Assembly: GCA_963729715.1 (NCBI GenBank)
Contig: CAVSPA010000005.1
Location: forward strand, 32,001 to 96,000
From: an uncultured delta proteobacterium
GTDB taxonomy: Bacteria > Desulfobacterota > Syntrophia > Syntrophales > UBA2185
Direction of reading: 5' to 3'
DNA: 64,000 bases
A program made the position numbers and the translations under genes. The notes under the pieces were generated by a model. That model was not told where the DNA came from, ran no database searches, and saw only the letters and a program-made list of their open reading frames with translations. Each line of letters begins with the position of its first letter. Position 1 is the stretch's first letter. Positions 19,854 through 30,098 of the stretch are shown piece by piece.

Positions 19854-22127
19854 TTACGGCATTGTCTGCGCTCCTGCACAGACGGCCTGCCCGAGAGAGA
19901 TGCATCCGTCGTTGGTGGGTATTGCAGTATGAAAGAATACGTCAAAGCCCGCTTTCTCAAGTTCCGCAATCATTCCCTCAGTGAGAATGCGGTTCTGGAA
20001 GCACCCGCCGCTCAGGACGACGCGATTCAGGCCTGTCTTGTCACGTATCGTCCGGGCCATTTTGCAGAAGGCGACCTGCAAGGTAAGGTGGAAGGAAAAG
20101 GCGAGCTCACCGCTGTCCTTTCCCGCCTGAAGCCTTTTAGTGATTGCCCGGATCATGGGCGAGAAATCAAGGTGAATGATATCTCCGGTCTCTTCGATGG
20201 TGAATTGCATGACTCTGCCGGTCCCATACCTCGCCATGGCTTCGAGTTCCATCGCCGCCTGTCCCTCGAAGGTAACTTTTTTGCGAAGCCCCAAAATGGC
20301 GGCAACACCGTCGAAGAGCCTTCCCAGGCTTGATGTCAGGGGGGAATTGAATCTCTGCTTCATTATCCTGTCCATCGTTTCATAGAAGGATTTCTCGGGA
20401 ACTATATCCAGGCTTTTCGCGACATCCGGCCAATCGTCGCCGTATGCCTGTTTAAGGAGACTCACGGCAATCCGCCATGGCTCTCTGATGGCCTTCTCAC
20501 CGCCGGGAAGGAGGTAATTCGTTATATGGCCGATGCGCGTGAATTCCGCTTCGGACGCAATGAGGAATTCACCTCCCCACACCGTGCCGTCTGTGCCGTA
20601 TCCGGTCCCATCCATGGCGATGCCGATGACCTCTCCCTCTACGCCACTTTCCGCCATACAACTTACGATGTGGGCATGATGGTGCTGGACACCGATGACA
20701 CGAGAAGCCGGAAGGCCCTCTGCAAGCATTGTGGTGTAATAGGCGGGGTGAAGATCGCAGGCAACTATGCCGGGTTCACATTCTGCGATCTTTTGCATCA
20801 GGCCAAGGGTCTCACGATAAAAATCTCTGGCTTCCGGGGTTTCCATATCCCCGATGTGGGGGCTCAGAAAGGCAAGGTTTCCTTTCAAGACGCACAGTGT
20901 CGTCTTCATCTGCGGGCCCAAGGCCAGGACGGGAGGATAAGACTTCGCAAGCGTGATGGGTAGCGGGGCAAAACCTCTGGACCGGCGGATGATCCTTCTC
21001 TCCCCGCATGATACGGTTGCCATGGAGTCATCGCACCGCACAAGGATATCTCTGTTATGCACGAGGAAGAAATCGGCTATGCCGTCCAGACGCTTTATTG
21101 CCTCCCTGTTTTCGATGCAGATGGGCTCGTCTACCTGGTTCGCGCTGGTCATGACGAGTGCATGAAAATGTTTTTCGAGGAGCATGTGATGAAGCGGCGT
21201 ATAAGGGAGCATGATTCCAAAATCAGACACACCCGGGGCAACTGCTGGGGAGACCATAACACCCCCCCTCTTCCGGGCAAGGACTATAGGACGCTGGGGA
21301 GAGAGAAGAATAAGCTCCTCCTCCTTCCCGATTTTGGAAATCGAGCGGGCCGTTTCCACATCTCTCACCATGATGGCGAGCGGTTTTTCCTCTCTCCACT
21401 TCCGTGACCTCAGCCTTTTTATGGCTTCGTCATTCGCGGCATCAACGGCAAGATGAAAACCTCCAAGACCTTTTATGGCGACTACGTGGCCGGAAAGAAG
21501 CAATTCGATGGCTTTCCCAAGGGGGTCTCTATGACAGAGGGGGTTCCCTTTTCCATCAAGAAGTTTAAGTGACGGCCCACAGGCAGGACAGGCATTCGGT
21601 TCGGCGTGAAAACGGCGGTCTGCCGGGTTTTCGTATTCCTTCTGGCACATAGGACACATCGGGAAACAGGACATAGACGTATTGATCCGGTCGTAGGGGA
21701 CATCCTTGATAATCGTCAGCCTAGGGCCGCAGTTTGTGCAGTTGATGAAGGGATAACGGAATCTTCGATCGGTGGGGTCAAAAAGTTCCTTTAGGCAATC
21801 GCCGCAGGTGGCGATGTCTGGCGCAATATAAACCTTCCCGGGTCCCAGGGCTTCGCTCTCAATAATCCGGAATGCCTTGTCGTTCTTTATTTCCACTTCT
21901 TCGGAGAAAGTTCCCGAGACGTTGGCAAGGGGCGGGAGTTCTTCGTTCACGCCGGACATGAAGGAATGGATGGCTTCCCCAGGGCCTTCCACCTCAACTA
22001 CGACGCCGTCCGGACGGTTTTGAACGAAGCCGGAGAGCGAATGCCTTGTTGCCATACGAAAGATAAAGGGGCGGAATCCCACCCCTTGAACGACGCCGGA
22101 GAACAGGTAGCGTACTCTCTTAATCAC
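19854..22127 (-). CDS. hypF: Carbamoyltransferase HypF
   Basis: GVVQGVGFRPF, CTNCGPR zinc fingers, KGLGGFHL, QHHHAH, NDGCISLGQ. Confidence 0.97.
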   Translation of the reverse strand: MIKRVRYLFSGVVQGVGFRPFIFRMATRHSLSGFVQNRPDGVVVEVEGPGEAIHSFMSGVNEELPPLANVSGTFSEEVEIKNDKAFRIIESEALGPGKVYIAPDIATCGDCLKELFDPTDRRFRYPFINCTNCGPRLTIIKDVPYDRINTSMSCFPMCPMCQKEYENPADRRFHAEPNACPACGPSLKLLDGKGNPLCHRDPLGKAIELLLSGHVVAIKGLGGFHLAVDAANDEAIKRLRSRKWREEKPLAIMVRDVETARSISKIGKEEELILLSPQRPIVLARKRGGVMVSPAVAPGVSDFGIMLPYTPLHHMLLEKHFHALVMTSANQVDEPICIENREAIKRLDGIADFFLVHNRDILVRCDDSMATVSCGERRIIRRSRGFAPLPITLAKSYPPVLALGPQMKTTLCVLKGNLAFLSPHIGDMETPEARDFYRETLGLMQKIAECEPGIVACDLHPAYYTTMLAEGLPASRVIGVQHHHAHIVSCMAESGVEGEVIGIAMDGTGYGTDGTVWGGEFLIASEAEFTRIGHITNYLLPGGEKAIREPWRIAVSLLKQAYGDDWPDVAKSLDIVPEKSFYETMDRIMKQRFNSPLTSSLGRLFDGVAAILGLRKKVTFEGQAAMELEAMARYGTGRVMQFTIEETGDIIHLDFSPMIRAITKRLQAGKDSGELAFSFHLTLQVAFCKMARTIRDKTGLNRVVLSGGCFQNRILTEGMIAELEKAGFDVFFHTAIPTNDGCISLGQAVCAGAQTMP

Positions 22128-22202
22128 TGAATTGTTTTCGCTCCCGCACTTGTTATTTGCCGACTCATATCATTTTCTTCTACCAAAAAGAAATAGCGCC
22201 TC

Positions 22203-23300
22203 TTAAGAATCGAGATGATACTTGTAATAGGCCGCGCAGGTGCCCTCTGATGACACCATGCAGGGGCCTATGGGATTGGTCGGGGTGCATGTCTTTCTGA
22301 ATAACGAACACTGACCGGGAAGCATGACGCCCTTGAGGACGTCCCCGCAACTGCAGCCCTTGGTCTCTTTTGAGTGAATGGGGGGAACCTCAAATCTTTC
22401 CAGCGCGTCAAAGGCTTTAAACTCATCCCGCAGGAAAAGACCGCTTGCGGGTATTATGCCAAGCCCCCGCCACTCCGCATCTCCTGTTCGGAAGACCTTG
22501 TTGATGATATCCCGTGCACGGGGGTTTCCCTCCGGTTTGACGCCCCTCGCATACTGTATGGTGACCTCTCTTTTCCCTTCCGCAATCTGGCCTAAGATCA
22601 TCAGTATCCCTTCCAGAACGTCAACGGGCTCAAAGCCTGTAATGACGGCGGCCCTTCCTGCTTCTGCGATTACATTATATGGACTCAAACCTATGATCGT
22701 ACTTACATGCCCGGGACAGATGAAACCGTCGATATTTAGGGAAGGGTCATCGATGAGCGCCTTGAGGGCAGGCGGCACTACTTTGTGCACGGAGAAGACG
22801 GAAAAGTTTTTAATCCCCTTTTTTCGAGAGAGGCCCACGACAGAGGCTACCATGGGTGTCGTTGTTTCAAAACCGATGCCCATCATGACCACTTCCTTTG
22901 CAGTGTTCTTCTCGGCAATGTCAAGGCAATCCGTCGTGGACGCAATCACCCGGACATCCGCTCCCGCCGCCCGTGATTTTTGCAGGCTTGCGCATCCTGT
23001 GCCCGGAACTCTGAGCATATCACCAAAGGTGGCAAAAATCGTATCCTTCATTCCGGAAAGGTAAAGGGCCTTATCAACATCTTGGATGGAAGTTACACAG
23101 ACAGGGCAGCCGGGCCCCGAAACAAGCCTTATATTCCCCGGGAGTAGCTTCTTGATTCCGAAGCGGCCGATCACGTGGGTATGGGTTCCGCAGATCTCCA
23201 TAAGAGTAATCTCTTTGCCTATCTTCCCGGCGATCTTTTCTATGGCGGCGATAAGGCCCTTTACAAGGGACCGGTCTCTGTACTCATCAATATATTTCAT
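22203..23300 (-). CDS. hypD: Hydrogenase formation protein HypD
   Basis: MEICGTHT, GPGCPVCV, GFETT, PGHVS, GPCMVSSEGTC. Confidence 0.97.
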   Translation of the reverse strand: MKYIDEYRDRSLVKGLIAAIEKIAGKIGKEITLMEICGTHTHVIGRFGIKKLLPGNIRLVSGPGCPVCVTSIQDVDKALYLSGMKDTIFATFGDMLRVPGTGCASLQKSRAAGADVRVIASTTDCLDIAEKNTAKEVVMMGIGFETTTPMVASVVGLSRKKGIKNFSVFSVHKVVPPALKALIDDPSLNIDGFICPGHVSTIIGLSPYNVIAEAGRAAVITGFEPVDVLEGILMILGQIAEGKREVTIQYARGVKPEGNPRARDIINKVFRTGDAEWRGLGIIPASGLFLRDEFKAFDALERFEVPPIHSKETKGCSCGDVLKGVMLPGQCSLFRKTCTPTNPIGPCMVSSEGTCAAYYKYHLDS

Positions 23301-23347
23301 TTCATACTTTCGTTTAGAAATAAGCTACCCCGAAATGAATTGAAGCT

Positions 23348-23367
23348 CTCTGCAGCAAGCTGCGGAG
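23348..23367. repeat. REP-like palindrome
   Basis: CTCTGCAGC-AA-GCTGCGGAG in the intergenic gap before hypD. Confidence 0.4.
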
Positions 23368-23448
23368 AATCTTCGATTCTTAAGGAATATGATCGTTCGT
23401 CATTCAGTCGTTACCGAATTCAAAGAGCGGGCGTTCGGCGTGCACAGA

Positions 23449-24633
23449 TTATTTCCGTCGGATGCTTTCTGCATCGAGATATTCCAGCGTCGTTTTCCAG
23501 AAAGAAAGATTGTACTTGGTTTTTTCGTACAGCCTGGCATTTACGATGGCAAGGCCGGCGAGCTCGGCCACTGCCGAGAGGAAGGCCACTTCCTCCCCGC
23601 CATACTGTCTCGTCTCTTGCGAATACAGCCTCAGGATCCCGATCACGCGCATCCCGGCGATGATAGGCAAGGAAAGGATCGAGGCAATACCTTCCCGGGC
23701 ATTTTCTTGCGGATACTCGATTCGCGGATCCGCCGTCGCATCGAGGACCAGCACAGGCACGCCCTTCAGTGTCTCGCGGATGCTCTTTTCCATATGGACA
23801 GGTCCCTTTTGGAGGTAGCTTTCTCTCAGTCCTTCAGATGCAACCAGTTCAAGCTCCCGGGTTGTTTCGTTTACCAGTCTCAGCGAGCACGCCTTCACCT
23901 TCATGATCGTAAGCACCTTTCCGATCAACAGGTCTATCACCCGCCGTGAGTCCAGAGTGGATAGGATGGTCCTGGCGATATCATGGAGCGCCCGGAAATA
24001 CTCGAGGCCCTGAGAAGGATCGACCGGTTCCATGGCAAACGGCCTTAATCGTTGTTTCGGCCTTTTTCGCTCCTCAGGAAGGTCGATGCCAACGTGTTTG
24101 AGAAGGGAAGAAAGTCTGACGCCCTCATCCTCATAGATCTTCGCATTGGCGATGGCGAGCCCACCCATCTCTGCCAGTGCCGAGACCAATTCGATCTCTT
24201 CAGCGCTGAAGTCCCGGGGCTCTTCTGAATAAAGCCTGAGAACGCCGATGACCTTATCTTTTGCAACTACAGGAACTGACAGGATCGTGTTGATGCCTTC
24301 TTCTATCTTCTCGGTTCTGTACTGAATTCTCAAATCGTTGTGGGCATTTTTGACAAGGACGACTTTCCCTTCCATAACTTCCGGGATGCTTTGGTCTGGA
24401 CTCAAGGGGCCTTTGTCAAGATACTTTTTGCTGAGGTTATGCGATGCAACAAGCTCCAGACGTTTGGTCTGGTCGTCGAGAAGCCTCAGGCTTCCGGCCT
24501 TTGCCCCGAGGGCGCTGACAGTTTTCTTCACCAAAATTTTGAGTATTTCCTTGAGAGAGAAAGAGGAAAAAATGGTTTGATTCACGTCGAAAAAAGTCCG
24601 CAGGTATTCGCTCGTCTTCTGTTCCGCCATCAT
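23449..24633 (-). CDS. Tandem GAF-GAF protein without output domain
   Basis: Two homologous GAF units (SLRL...LELVAS..L...YL.KGP...SI.E...D.RI.Y......EGI..ILS.P......IG.LRLYS). Confidence 0.85.
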   Translation of the reverse strand: MMAEQKTSEYLRTFFDVNQTIFSSFSLKEILKILVKKTVSALGAKAGSLRLLDDQTKRLELVASHNLSKKYLDKGPLSPDQSIPEVMEGKVVLVKNAHNDLRIQYRTEKIEEGINTILSVPVVAKDKVIGVLRLYSEEPRDFSAEEIELVSALAEMGGLAIANAKIYEDEGVRLSSLLKHVGIDLPEERKRPKQRLRPFAMEPVDPSQGLEYFRALHDIARTILSTLDSRRVIDLLIGKVLTIMKVKACSLRLVNETTRELELVASEGLRESYLQKGPVHMEKSIRETLKGVPVLVLDATADPRIEYPQENAREGIASILSLPIIAGMRVIGILRLYSQETRQYGGEEVAFLSAVAELAGLAIVNARLYEKTKYNLSFWKTTLEYLDAESIRRK

Positions 24634-24713
24634 TCACCTTCGCCCTAAGAGGATATGAATTCGCTTTCTAGTATAGGGCGAAATGATCTGTCTGTCAAGG
24701 GAGTGACAGGGAG

Positions 24714-26034
24714 TCGAATTGCCTCACATTAAATGTTACCCAAGGTTGTGAATAAAAGAGATCGTTGACTCATAATTCGATGTTACCGAACATCGACTTC
24801 CGAAAGGAGGGTAATCGATGAGTCCACGATCGAAAAAAGAGTACACCAGGGCAATCCATTTACGCTATAAAAATGCTTCCCGCCATGAAAAAACAATTAT
24901 CCTGAACGAGTTCTGCACAACGTGCGGATACCATAGGAAACATGCCATACGCCTTCTCAGGAGATTTAAACGCTTCACAAAGCCAAGACCGAAGAAGCGA
25001 GGGAAGCCTCCCGTTTATCAAAATGAGGAGATTCTGAAGCCCTTAAAACAGATATGGCTGGCAGCGAATCTCCCCTGTTCAAAACGCCTAAAAGCTATTT
25101 TACCGCTCTGGCTGCCAAGCTATGTCCAACTCTTTGGTAAACTTCCTCCCACGGTTGTTGAAGCCCTGGTGAAAATCTCCCCGGCCACCATAGACAGGCT
25201 CCTTCAACCTACCCGTATACAATACAAGAAACGTGGCAGATCCACTACAAAGCCAGGGACCCTCCTGAGAAAACAAATCCCTATACAAACAAACCAGTGG
25301 GATGAATCAAAACCGGGATTCCTTGAAGCCGATACCGTAGCCCATTGTGGCGAGTCATTGCTGGGAATGTACGCATATACCATAGACTGCGTGGACATCG
25401 CCACCGGATGGACAGAACAAAGAGCTGTGTGGGGTAAAGGAGAAACAGGTGTCCTTCAACAAATCAAAGACATAGAAAAAACGCTCCCCTTCCCACTCCT
25501 TGGCTTCGATTGCGATAACGGATCAGAGTTCTTAAATTATCACCTCGTGAGGCATTTTACCCAACGAAAACACCCCGTAAAATTCACCCGCAGCAGACCG
25601 TACCACAAAGATGACAACGCACATGTAGAACAGAAGAACTGGACCCATGTGCGTCAATGGCTCGGCTACCAGAGATTAGATAATCCACGGGCCGTACCCC
25701 TTCTTAATAACCTCTACCGTAACGAATGGAGGCTCTTCCATAACTTCTTCTGCCCCTCCGTGAAACTCATTGCCAAAGAACGTATCGGTTCTAAAACTGT
25801 CAAACAACATGACAAACCGAAAACACCTTATCAGAGAGTCATGGACTCTCCTCATTTGCCTGAAACAGTAAAACTCTCACTCTCTAAACAACTTGAAAAT
25901 CTTAACCCCTTTCTGCTAAGAAAAACCATGGAAACAAAACTTAAAAAAATCTCCTCCCTCTGAGTAACATATATTATGAGTCAACGTTCCTCACATGAAG
26001 CTATCCTTCGGTAACATTTATTTATGAGGCAATA
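24714..26034 (+). mobile_element. Insertion sequence, rve-type DDE transposase (unclassified/ISNCY-like)
   Basis: Ends ATTGCCTCA..TAAATGTTACC inverted, each with a second internal CGTTGACTCATAAT...TGTTAC copy; GGGAG duplicated at 24709-24713 and 26035-26039; left end position uncertain by a few bp. Confidence 0.85.
24818..25963 (+). CDS. Integrase-core (DDE) transposase
   Basis: PGFLEADTVAHCG, DCDNGSEF, RSRPYHKDDNAHVEQKN; AAGGAGG RBS. Confidence 0.92.
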   Translation: MSPRSKKEYTRAIHLRYKNASRHEKTIILNEFCTTCGYHRKHAIRLLRRFKRFTKPRPKKRGKPPVYQNEEILKPLKQIWLAANLPCSKRLKAILPLWLPSYVQLFGKLPPTVVEALVKISPATIDRLLQPTRIQYKKRGRSTTKPGTLLRKQIPIQTNQWDESKPGFLEADTVAHCGESLLGMYAYTIDCVDIATGWTEQRAVWGKGETGVLQQIKDIEKTLPFPLLGFDCDNGSEFLNYHLVRHFTQRKHPVKFTRSRPYHKDDNAHVEQKNWTHVRQWLGYQRLDNPRAVPLLNNLYRNEWRLFHNFFCPSVKLIAKERIGSKTVKQHDKPKTPYQRVMDSPHLPETVKLSLSKQLENLNPFLLRKTMETKLKKISSL

Positions 26035-26110
26035 GGGAGTGACGGGGCTTCTTGCGATTGCGAACTGGCGCTGCACCGCAGGGGCAAGGCATAATGCCAA
26101 CTATTAATAA

Positions 26111-26692
26111 CTATCTTTTCTCTTTTCTGAGGAGGAATTTGAATTTATTGCCTGACCATTCGCCCTCATGTTTCGAGCCGTCCGGGAGGGTTAGAACCCC
26201 TATGCCGTAAAACTTATCTTCTTTCCATTTCCCTTCATACATAGAGCCGTCCGGGAATGTCAAAGTTCCCTTCCCATGGAACATATCATTTTCCCATTCG
26301 CAATCGTACTTCTTGCCGTCCGGTAGTGTTAACACTCCCTTCCCATTTCTACTGCCGTTTTTCCACTGTCCGATATATTTGCTTCCATCAGGCAGAGTCA
26401 ATGTCCCTATCCCGTTGATGTCCCCTTCCTTCCATGCGCCTTGATAACGGGTGCCATCAGCAAGCATCAAGACCCCCTGTCCGTTTGGAAGGCCCTTGTC
26501 CCAATCGCCCTCATACTTGCTTCCGTCGGGCCATTTGAAGATCCCCTTTCCATGAAATACGCCTTCCTTAAATAGGCCATTAAAACTGCTCCCGTCCGGA
26601 TGACCGTAAACTCCCTTACCGTCATGGGCATCATTCTTCAATGCAAAGTCAACTTGTCCGCTTTCGAAGATTTCTTTGACCAGCTTTTTCAA
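26111..26692 (-). CDS. MORN-repeat protein
   Basis: About seven Y.G.W..G..HG.G....PDG repeats. Confidence 0.88.
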   Translation of the reverse strand: MKKLVKEIFESGQVDFALKNDAHDGKGVYGHPDGSSFNGLFKEGVFHGKGIFKWPDGSKYEGDWDKGLPNGQGVLMLADGTRYQGAWKEGDINGIGTLTLPDGSKYIGQWKNGSRNGKGVLTLPDGKKYDCEWENDMFHGKGTLTFPDGSMYEGKWKEDKFYGIGVLTLPDGSKHEGEWSGNKFKFLLRKEKR

Positions 26693-26726
26693 TGCCCCAT
26701 TCCTCCGTCACACATGCGCAACATTC

Positions 26727-29700
26727 CTATCCGACAAATTTGCCGTTCTCAAACCGACCCTGATATTTCCTACCGCCGGGAAACGTCATAGTTCCCTGGC
26801 CGTGAGGCAGGCCATTTTCCATTTCACCTTCATATTTTCTTCCATCCTTCAGGGAAAGTACACCTCTTCCATGATACTTGTTGTTCTTGAACTCGCCCGA
26901 GTATCGGTCTCCGTTTGGATATGTCAAAACCCCTTTCCCATTTGACAACCCATTCTTAAATTCACCCACATATTTTGTGCCATCAGAAAGGACCAATGTA
27001 CCTTTCCCTTCATATTTTCCCATTTTGAATTGACCTTCGTATTTTTTTCCATCCGGGTAGATATCTAGTCCTTCACCATGGAATTGATCACTCTTCCATC
27101 CGCCTGTGTATTTTCGTCCACCCGCCAGGGTCAATACTCCTTCACCTTCTCTCACATCCTTTTTCCAATGCCCTGTATAGACGGAACCATCCGCGAGTGT
27201 GAAAAGTCCCTGCCCATTCCTCTCTCCCGCTTTCCACTCGCCCATATACTTCTCACCGCCGGGAAACATCATGGTTCCCTGCCCGTGAGGAAGATCATCC
27301 TTCAGTTGACCCAAATAGCTTCGGCCATCAGGATAAGTTATCGACCACTGTCCGTGAGAGATAGCGGCCTTCTTTCCGAAAGTCTCGGGCTCCTCTTCTG
27401 CCTTGCGTCTGGCCTTTGCCTCTTCTTCCTCGTCAGCCCTGGCTTTCGCTTCTGCTTCCATCTTCTTTCTGGCTTCTGTTTCCGCCTTAGCTCGCCTTTC
27501 AGCCTCTTCCCTCGCCTTCGTTTCTTCTGCAAAGCGCGCCTCTATTTCAGCCCGCATCTTTACTTCTGCTTCTGCTTTCGTTCGTGCTTCCGTTTCCGCC
27601 TTTAGCCTGGCCTCCGCTTCTTCCCTTGCCTTTGCCTCTGCTGCCAAACGTGTTTCTATTTCAGCCCGCGCCTTTGCCTCTGCTTCCGCTCTTGCTTTCG
27701 CTTCTGCTTCCGCCCTTTTCCTCGCCTCTGTCTCCTGCTTCGCCTTCGCCTCTTCTGCCAAACGGGTCTCCACTTCAGCCCGCGCCTTTGCCTCCGCTTC
27801 CGCCCTGGCCTTCGCTTCTGCTTCCGCCTTCCTCCTCGCTTCTGCCTCTTCTTTTGCCCTTCTCTCCGCTTCTTCTCTTGCCTTTCCCACTTCCGCCAAC
27901 CGCGCCTCTACAAGAACTCTCGCCTTGGCCTCTTCTTCCGCCTTCGTTTTCGCTTCTTCTTCGGCCTTCCTTCCTGCCCCTGCTTCCGCCCTGGCTCTCT
28001 TTTCGGTTTCCTGTCTCGCCCGCATCTCGGCTGCGAGCAGGTCTTCCACTTCGGCCCTTGCCCTGGCCTCCGCCTCCGCCTTCGCCTTTGCTTCCTCCTC
28101 AGCCTTCTTCGCCGTCTCTGCTTCTTCTCTAAACCGCGCCTCCGCCTCTTCTCTCGCCCGGAGCTCGGCAGCCAGCCTGGCTTCCACATGGGCTCGTGCC
28201 TTGGCCTCCGCTTCCGCCTTCGTTCTTGCTTCTTCTTCCGCTTTCTTGCCGGCGCCGGTCGCCGCTGCGAATCGCGCTTCGGCTTCTTCTCTATTTTTCA
28301 GTTCAGCAGCCAAACGCTCTTCTACGCGAGCCCGCGCTTTCGCCTCCGCTTCCGCCTTTGCTTTTGCTTCGTCTTCCGCCCTCTTCGCGGCCTCCGCTTC
28401 CTCTCTGAACCGCGCTTCCGCTTCTTCTCTCGCTCTCAGTTCGGCCGCCAAGCGCCCTTCAACATCAGCACGCGTCTTTGCCTCCGTTTCGGCTCTTGCC
28501 CTCGCCTCAGCTGCCGCCTTCTTCCCCGCCTCGGCTATCTCTCTGAACCGCGCTTCCGCTTCTTCTCTCGCCTTCAATTCTGCAGCTAGGCGGGCTTCCA
28601 GTTCTGCTCTTGCCTTCGCCTCCGCTTCCGCCCTGGCTATTGCTTCCTCTTCTGCCTTCCTCCCGGCGCCGGCCGCCTCTGTAAGCTTCGCTTCCGCTGC
28701 TACTCTCGCCCTCAATTCGCCTGCCAGCTGTTCTTCCACGTGCGCCCGCGCCTTTGCTTCCGCTTCCGCCCTGGCCCTCGCTTCCTCTGCTGCCCTCCTC
28801 CCGGCCTCCGCTTCCTCCTTCGCTAATTTTTCAGCTCCTGCTCTATCCCTTAGCTCGGACGCCAATCTGGCTTCCACGTGCACCCGCGCCTTCGCCTCGG
28901 CATCCGCCCTCGCTCTTGCTTCCTCCGCTGCTTTTTTCTCTGCCTCCGCTACGCCTCTGAATTTCTCTTCGGCTACTTCTCTCGCACGAAGCTCGGTTGC
29001 GAGCTGTTCTTCCACGCGCGCCCGCGCCTTTGCCTCAACCTCTGCCCTTGCTTTCGCTTCCTCCGCTGCTCTCTTACCGGCCTTCGCTTCCTCCCTTGCC
29101 GCCCTCTCGGCTTCTTCTCTTGCCCTTACCTCGGACGCCAGTCGGGCTTCGACGTGCTCACGTGCTTTTGACTCCGCTTCCGCCCTCGCTCTTGCCTCCT
29201 CCGCCGCCTTTTTCTCTGCCTCCGCTACTCCTCTAAACTTCTCTTCGGCTTCTTCCCGAGCCCTCGTCTCCTGCGCCAGCCGGGCCTCCACTTCAATTCG
29301 CGCTCTCGCTTCCGCCTCCGCTCTTGCCTTTGCCTCCTCTGCGGCCTTTTTCCCTGCACTCGCTACGTCCCGGAACTTTGCTTCCGCCTCTTCTCTCGCC
29401 TTTAATTCGGCTGCCAGGCGGGCCTCCACGTGAGCCCGAGCCTTCGCTTCCTTCTCCGCCCTTGCCTCCGCCTCCGCCCTTGCTCTTGCCTCCTCTGCCG
29501 CCTTCTTCCCTGCTCCGGCTGCCTCTGTGAATCGTGCTTCCGCTGCTTCTCTTGCCTCCAATTCCGCTGCCAGGCGGGCTTCCACTTGAATTCGCGCCTT
29601 GACTTCCGCTTCGGCCCTTGCCACCGCCTCAGCTACTGCCTTCTTTCCAGCCTCCGCTTCTTCTCTGAGTCTTGCTTCCGCCTTCTCCCTTACCTTCAAG

Positions 29701-30098
29701 TCCGCTGTCAACCGAGCTTCTGCTTGAACTCGCGCTTCAGCCTCTGTCTCCGCCCTTGCTATGTCTTCCGCTTCGGCTCTTGCCTGCATCTCTAAAGCTA
29801 AGCGGGCTTTCCCATCAGATTCACTGCCGCCCTTCCACTCGCCTTTATATTTCGTCCCGTCGGAATATGTGTATTCTCCGTTACCATGCGGCAGGCCCTC
29901 CTGCCATTCGCCTTCAAATCTGCTGCCATCGGGCCATAAGTACGTTCCCATTCCATGCGGGAAGCCATCCGTCCATTCTCCCGAATATTGGCTTCCGTCC
30001 GGCCACGTAAATGTTCCCTGTCCACTAAATGGATCATCCTTCCACGCAATCTTGTATTGCTCTTTTCCGGATGATCCCCTCGTTAAACGCTGCAACAT
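26727..30098 (-). CDS. Giant MORN / 46-aa A-E-R-K helical repeat / MORN protein
   Basis: About 3 N-terminal and 9 C-terminal MORN repeats flanking ~800 aa of tandem helical repeats. Confidence 0.88.
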   Translation of the reverse strand: MLQRLTRGSSGKEQYKIAWKDDPFSGQGTFTWPDGSQYSGEWTDGFPHGMGTYLWPDGSRFEGEWQEGLPHGNGEYTYSDGTKYKGEWKGGSESDGKARLALEMQARAEAEDIARAETEAEARVQAEARLTADLKVREKAEARLREEAEAGKKAVAEAVARAEAEVKARIQVEARLAAELEAREAAEARFTEAAGAGKKAAEEARARAEAEARAEKEAKARAHVEARLAAELKAREEAEAKFRDVASAGKKAAEEAKARAEAEARARIEVEARLAQETRAREEAEEKFRGVAEAEKKAAEEARARAEAESKAREHVEARLASEVRAREEAERAAREEAKAGKRAAEEAKARAEVEAKARARVEEQLATELRAREVAEEKFRGVAEAEKKAAEEARARADAEAKARVHVEARLASELRDRAGAEKLAKEEAEAGRRAAEEARARAEAEAKARAHVEEQLAGELRARVAAEAKLTEAAGAGRKAEEEAIARAEAEAKARAELEARLAAELKAREEAEARFREIAEAGKKAAAEARARAETEAKTRADVEGRLAAELRAREEAEARFREEAEAAKRAEDEAKAKAEAEAKARARVEERLAAELKNREEAEARFAAATGAGKKAEEEARTKAEAEAKARAHVEARLAAELRAREEAEARFREEAETAKKAEEEAKAKAEAEARARAEVEDLLAAEMRARQETEKRARAEAGAGRKAEEEAKTKAEEEAKARVLVEARLAEVGKAREEAERRAKEEAEARRKAEAEAKARAEAEAKARAEVETRLAEEAKAKQETEARKRAEAEAKARAEAEAKARAEIETRLAAEAKAREEAEARLKAETEARTKAEAEVKMRAEIEARFAEETKAREEAERRAKAETEARKKMEAEAKARADEEEEAKARRKAEEEPETFGKKAAISHGQWSITYPDGRSYLGQLKDDLPHGQGTMMFPGGEKYMGEWKAGERNGQGLFTLADGSVYTGHWKKDVREGEGVLTLAGGRKYTGGWKSDQFHGEGLDIYPDGKKYEGQFKMGKYEGKGTLVLSDGTKYVGEFKNGLSNGKGVLTYPNGDRYSGEFKNNKYHGRGVLSLKDGRKYEGEMENGLPHGQGTMTFPGGRKYQGRFENGKFVG

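Noticed and set aside
27403..29433. 676-aa Ala/Ser-rich plus-strand ORF and Pro/Leu-rich neighbours
   Set aside because: Antisense shadows of the A/E/R/K repeat gene; low-complexity codons lack stops
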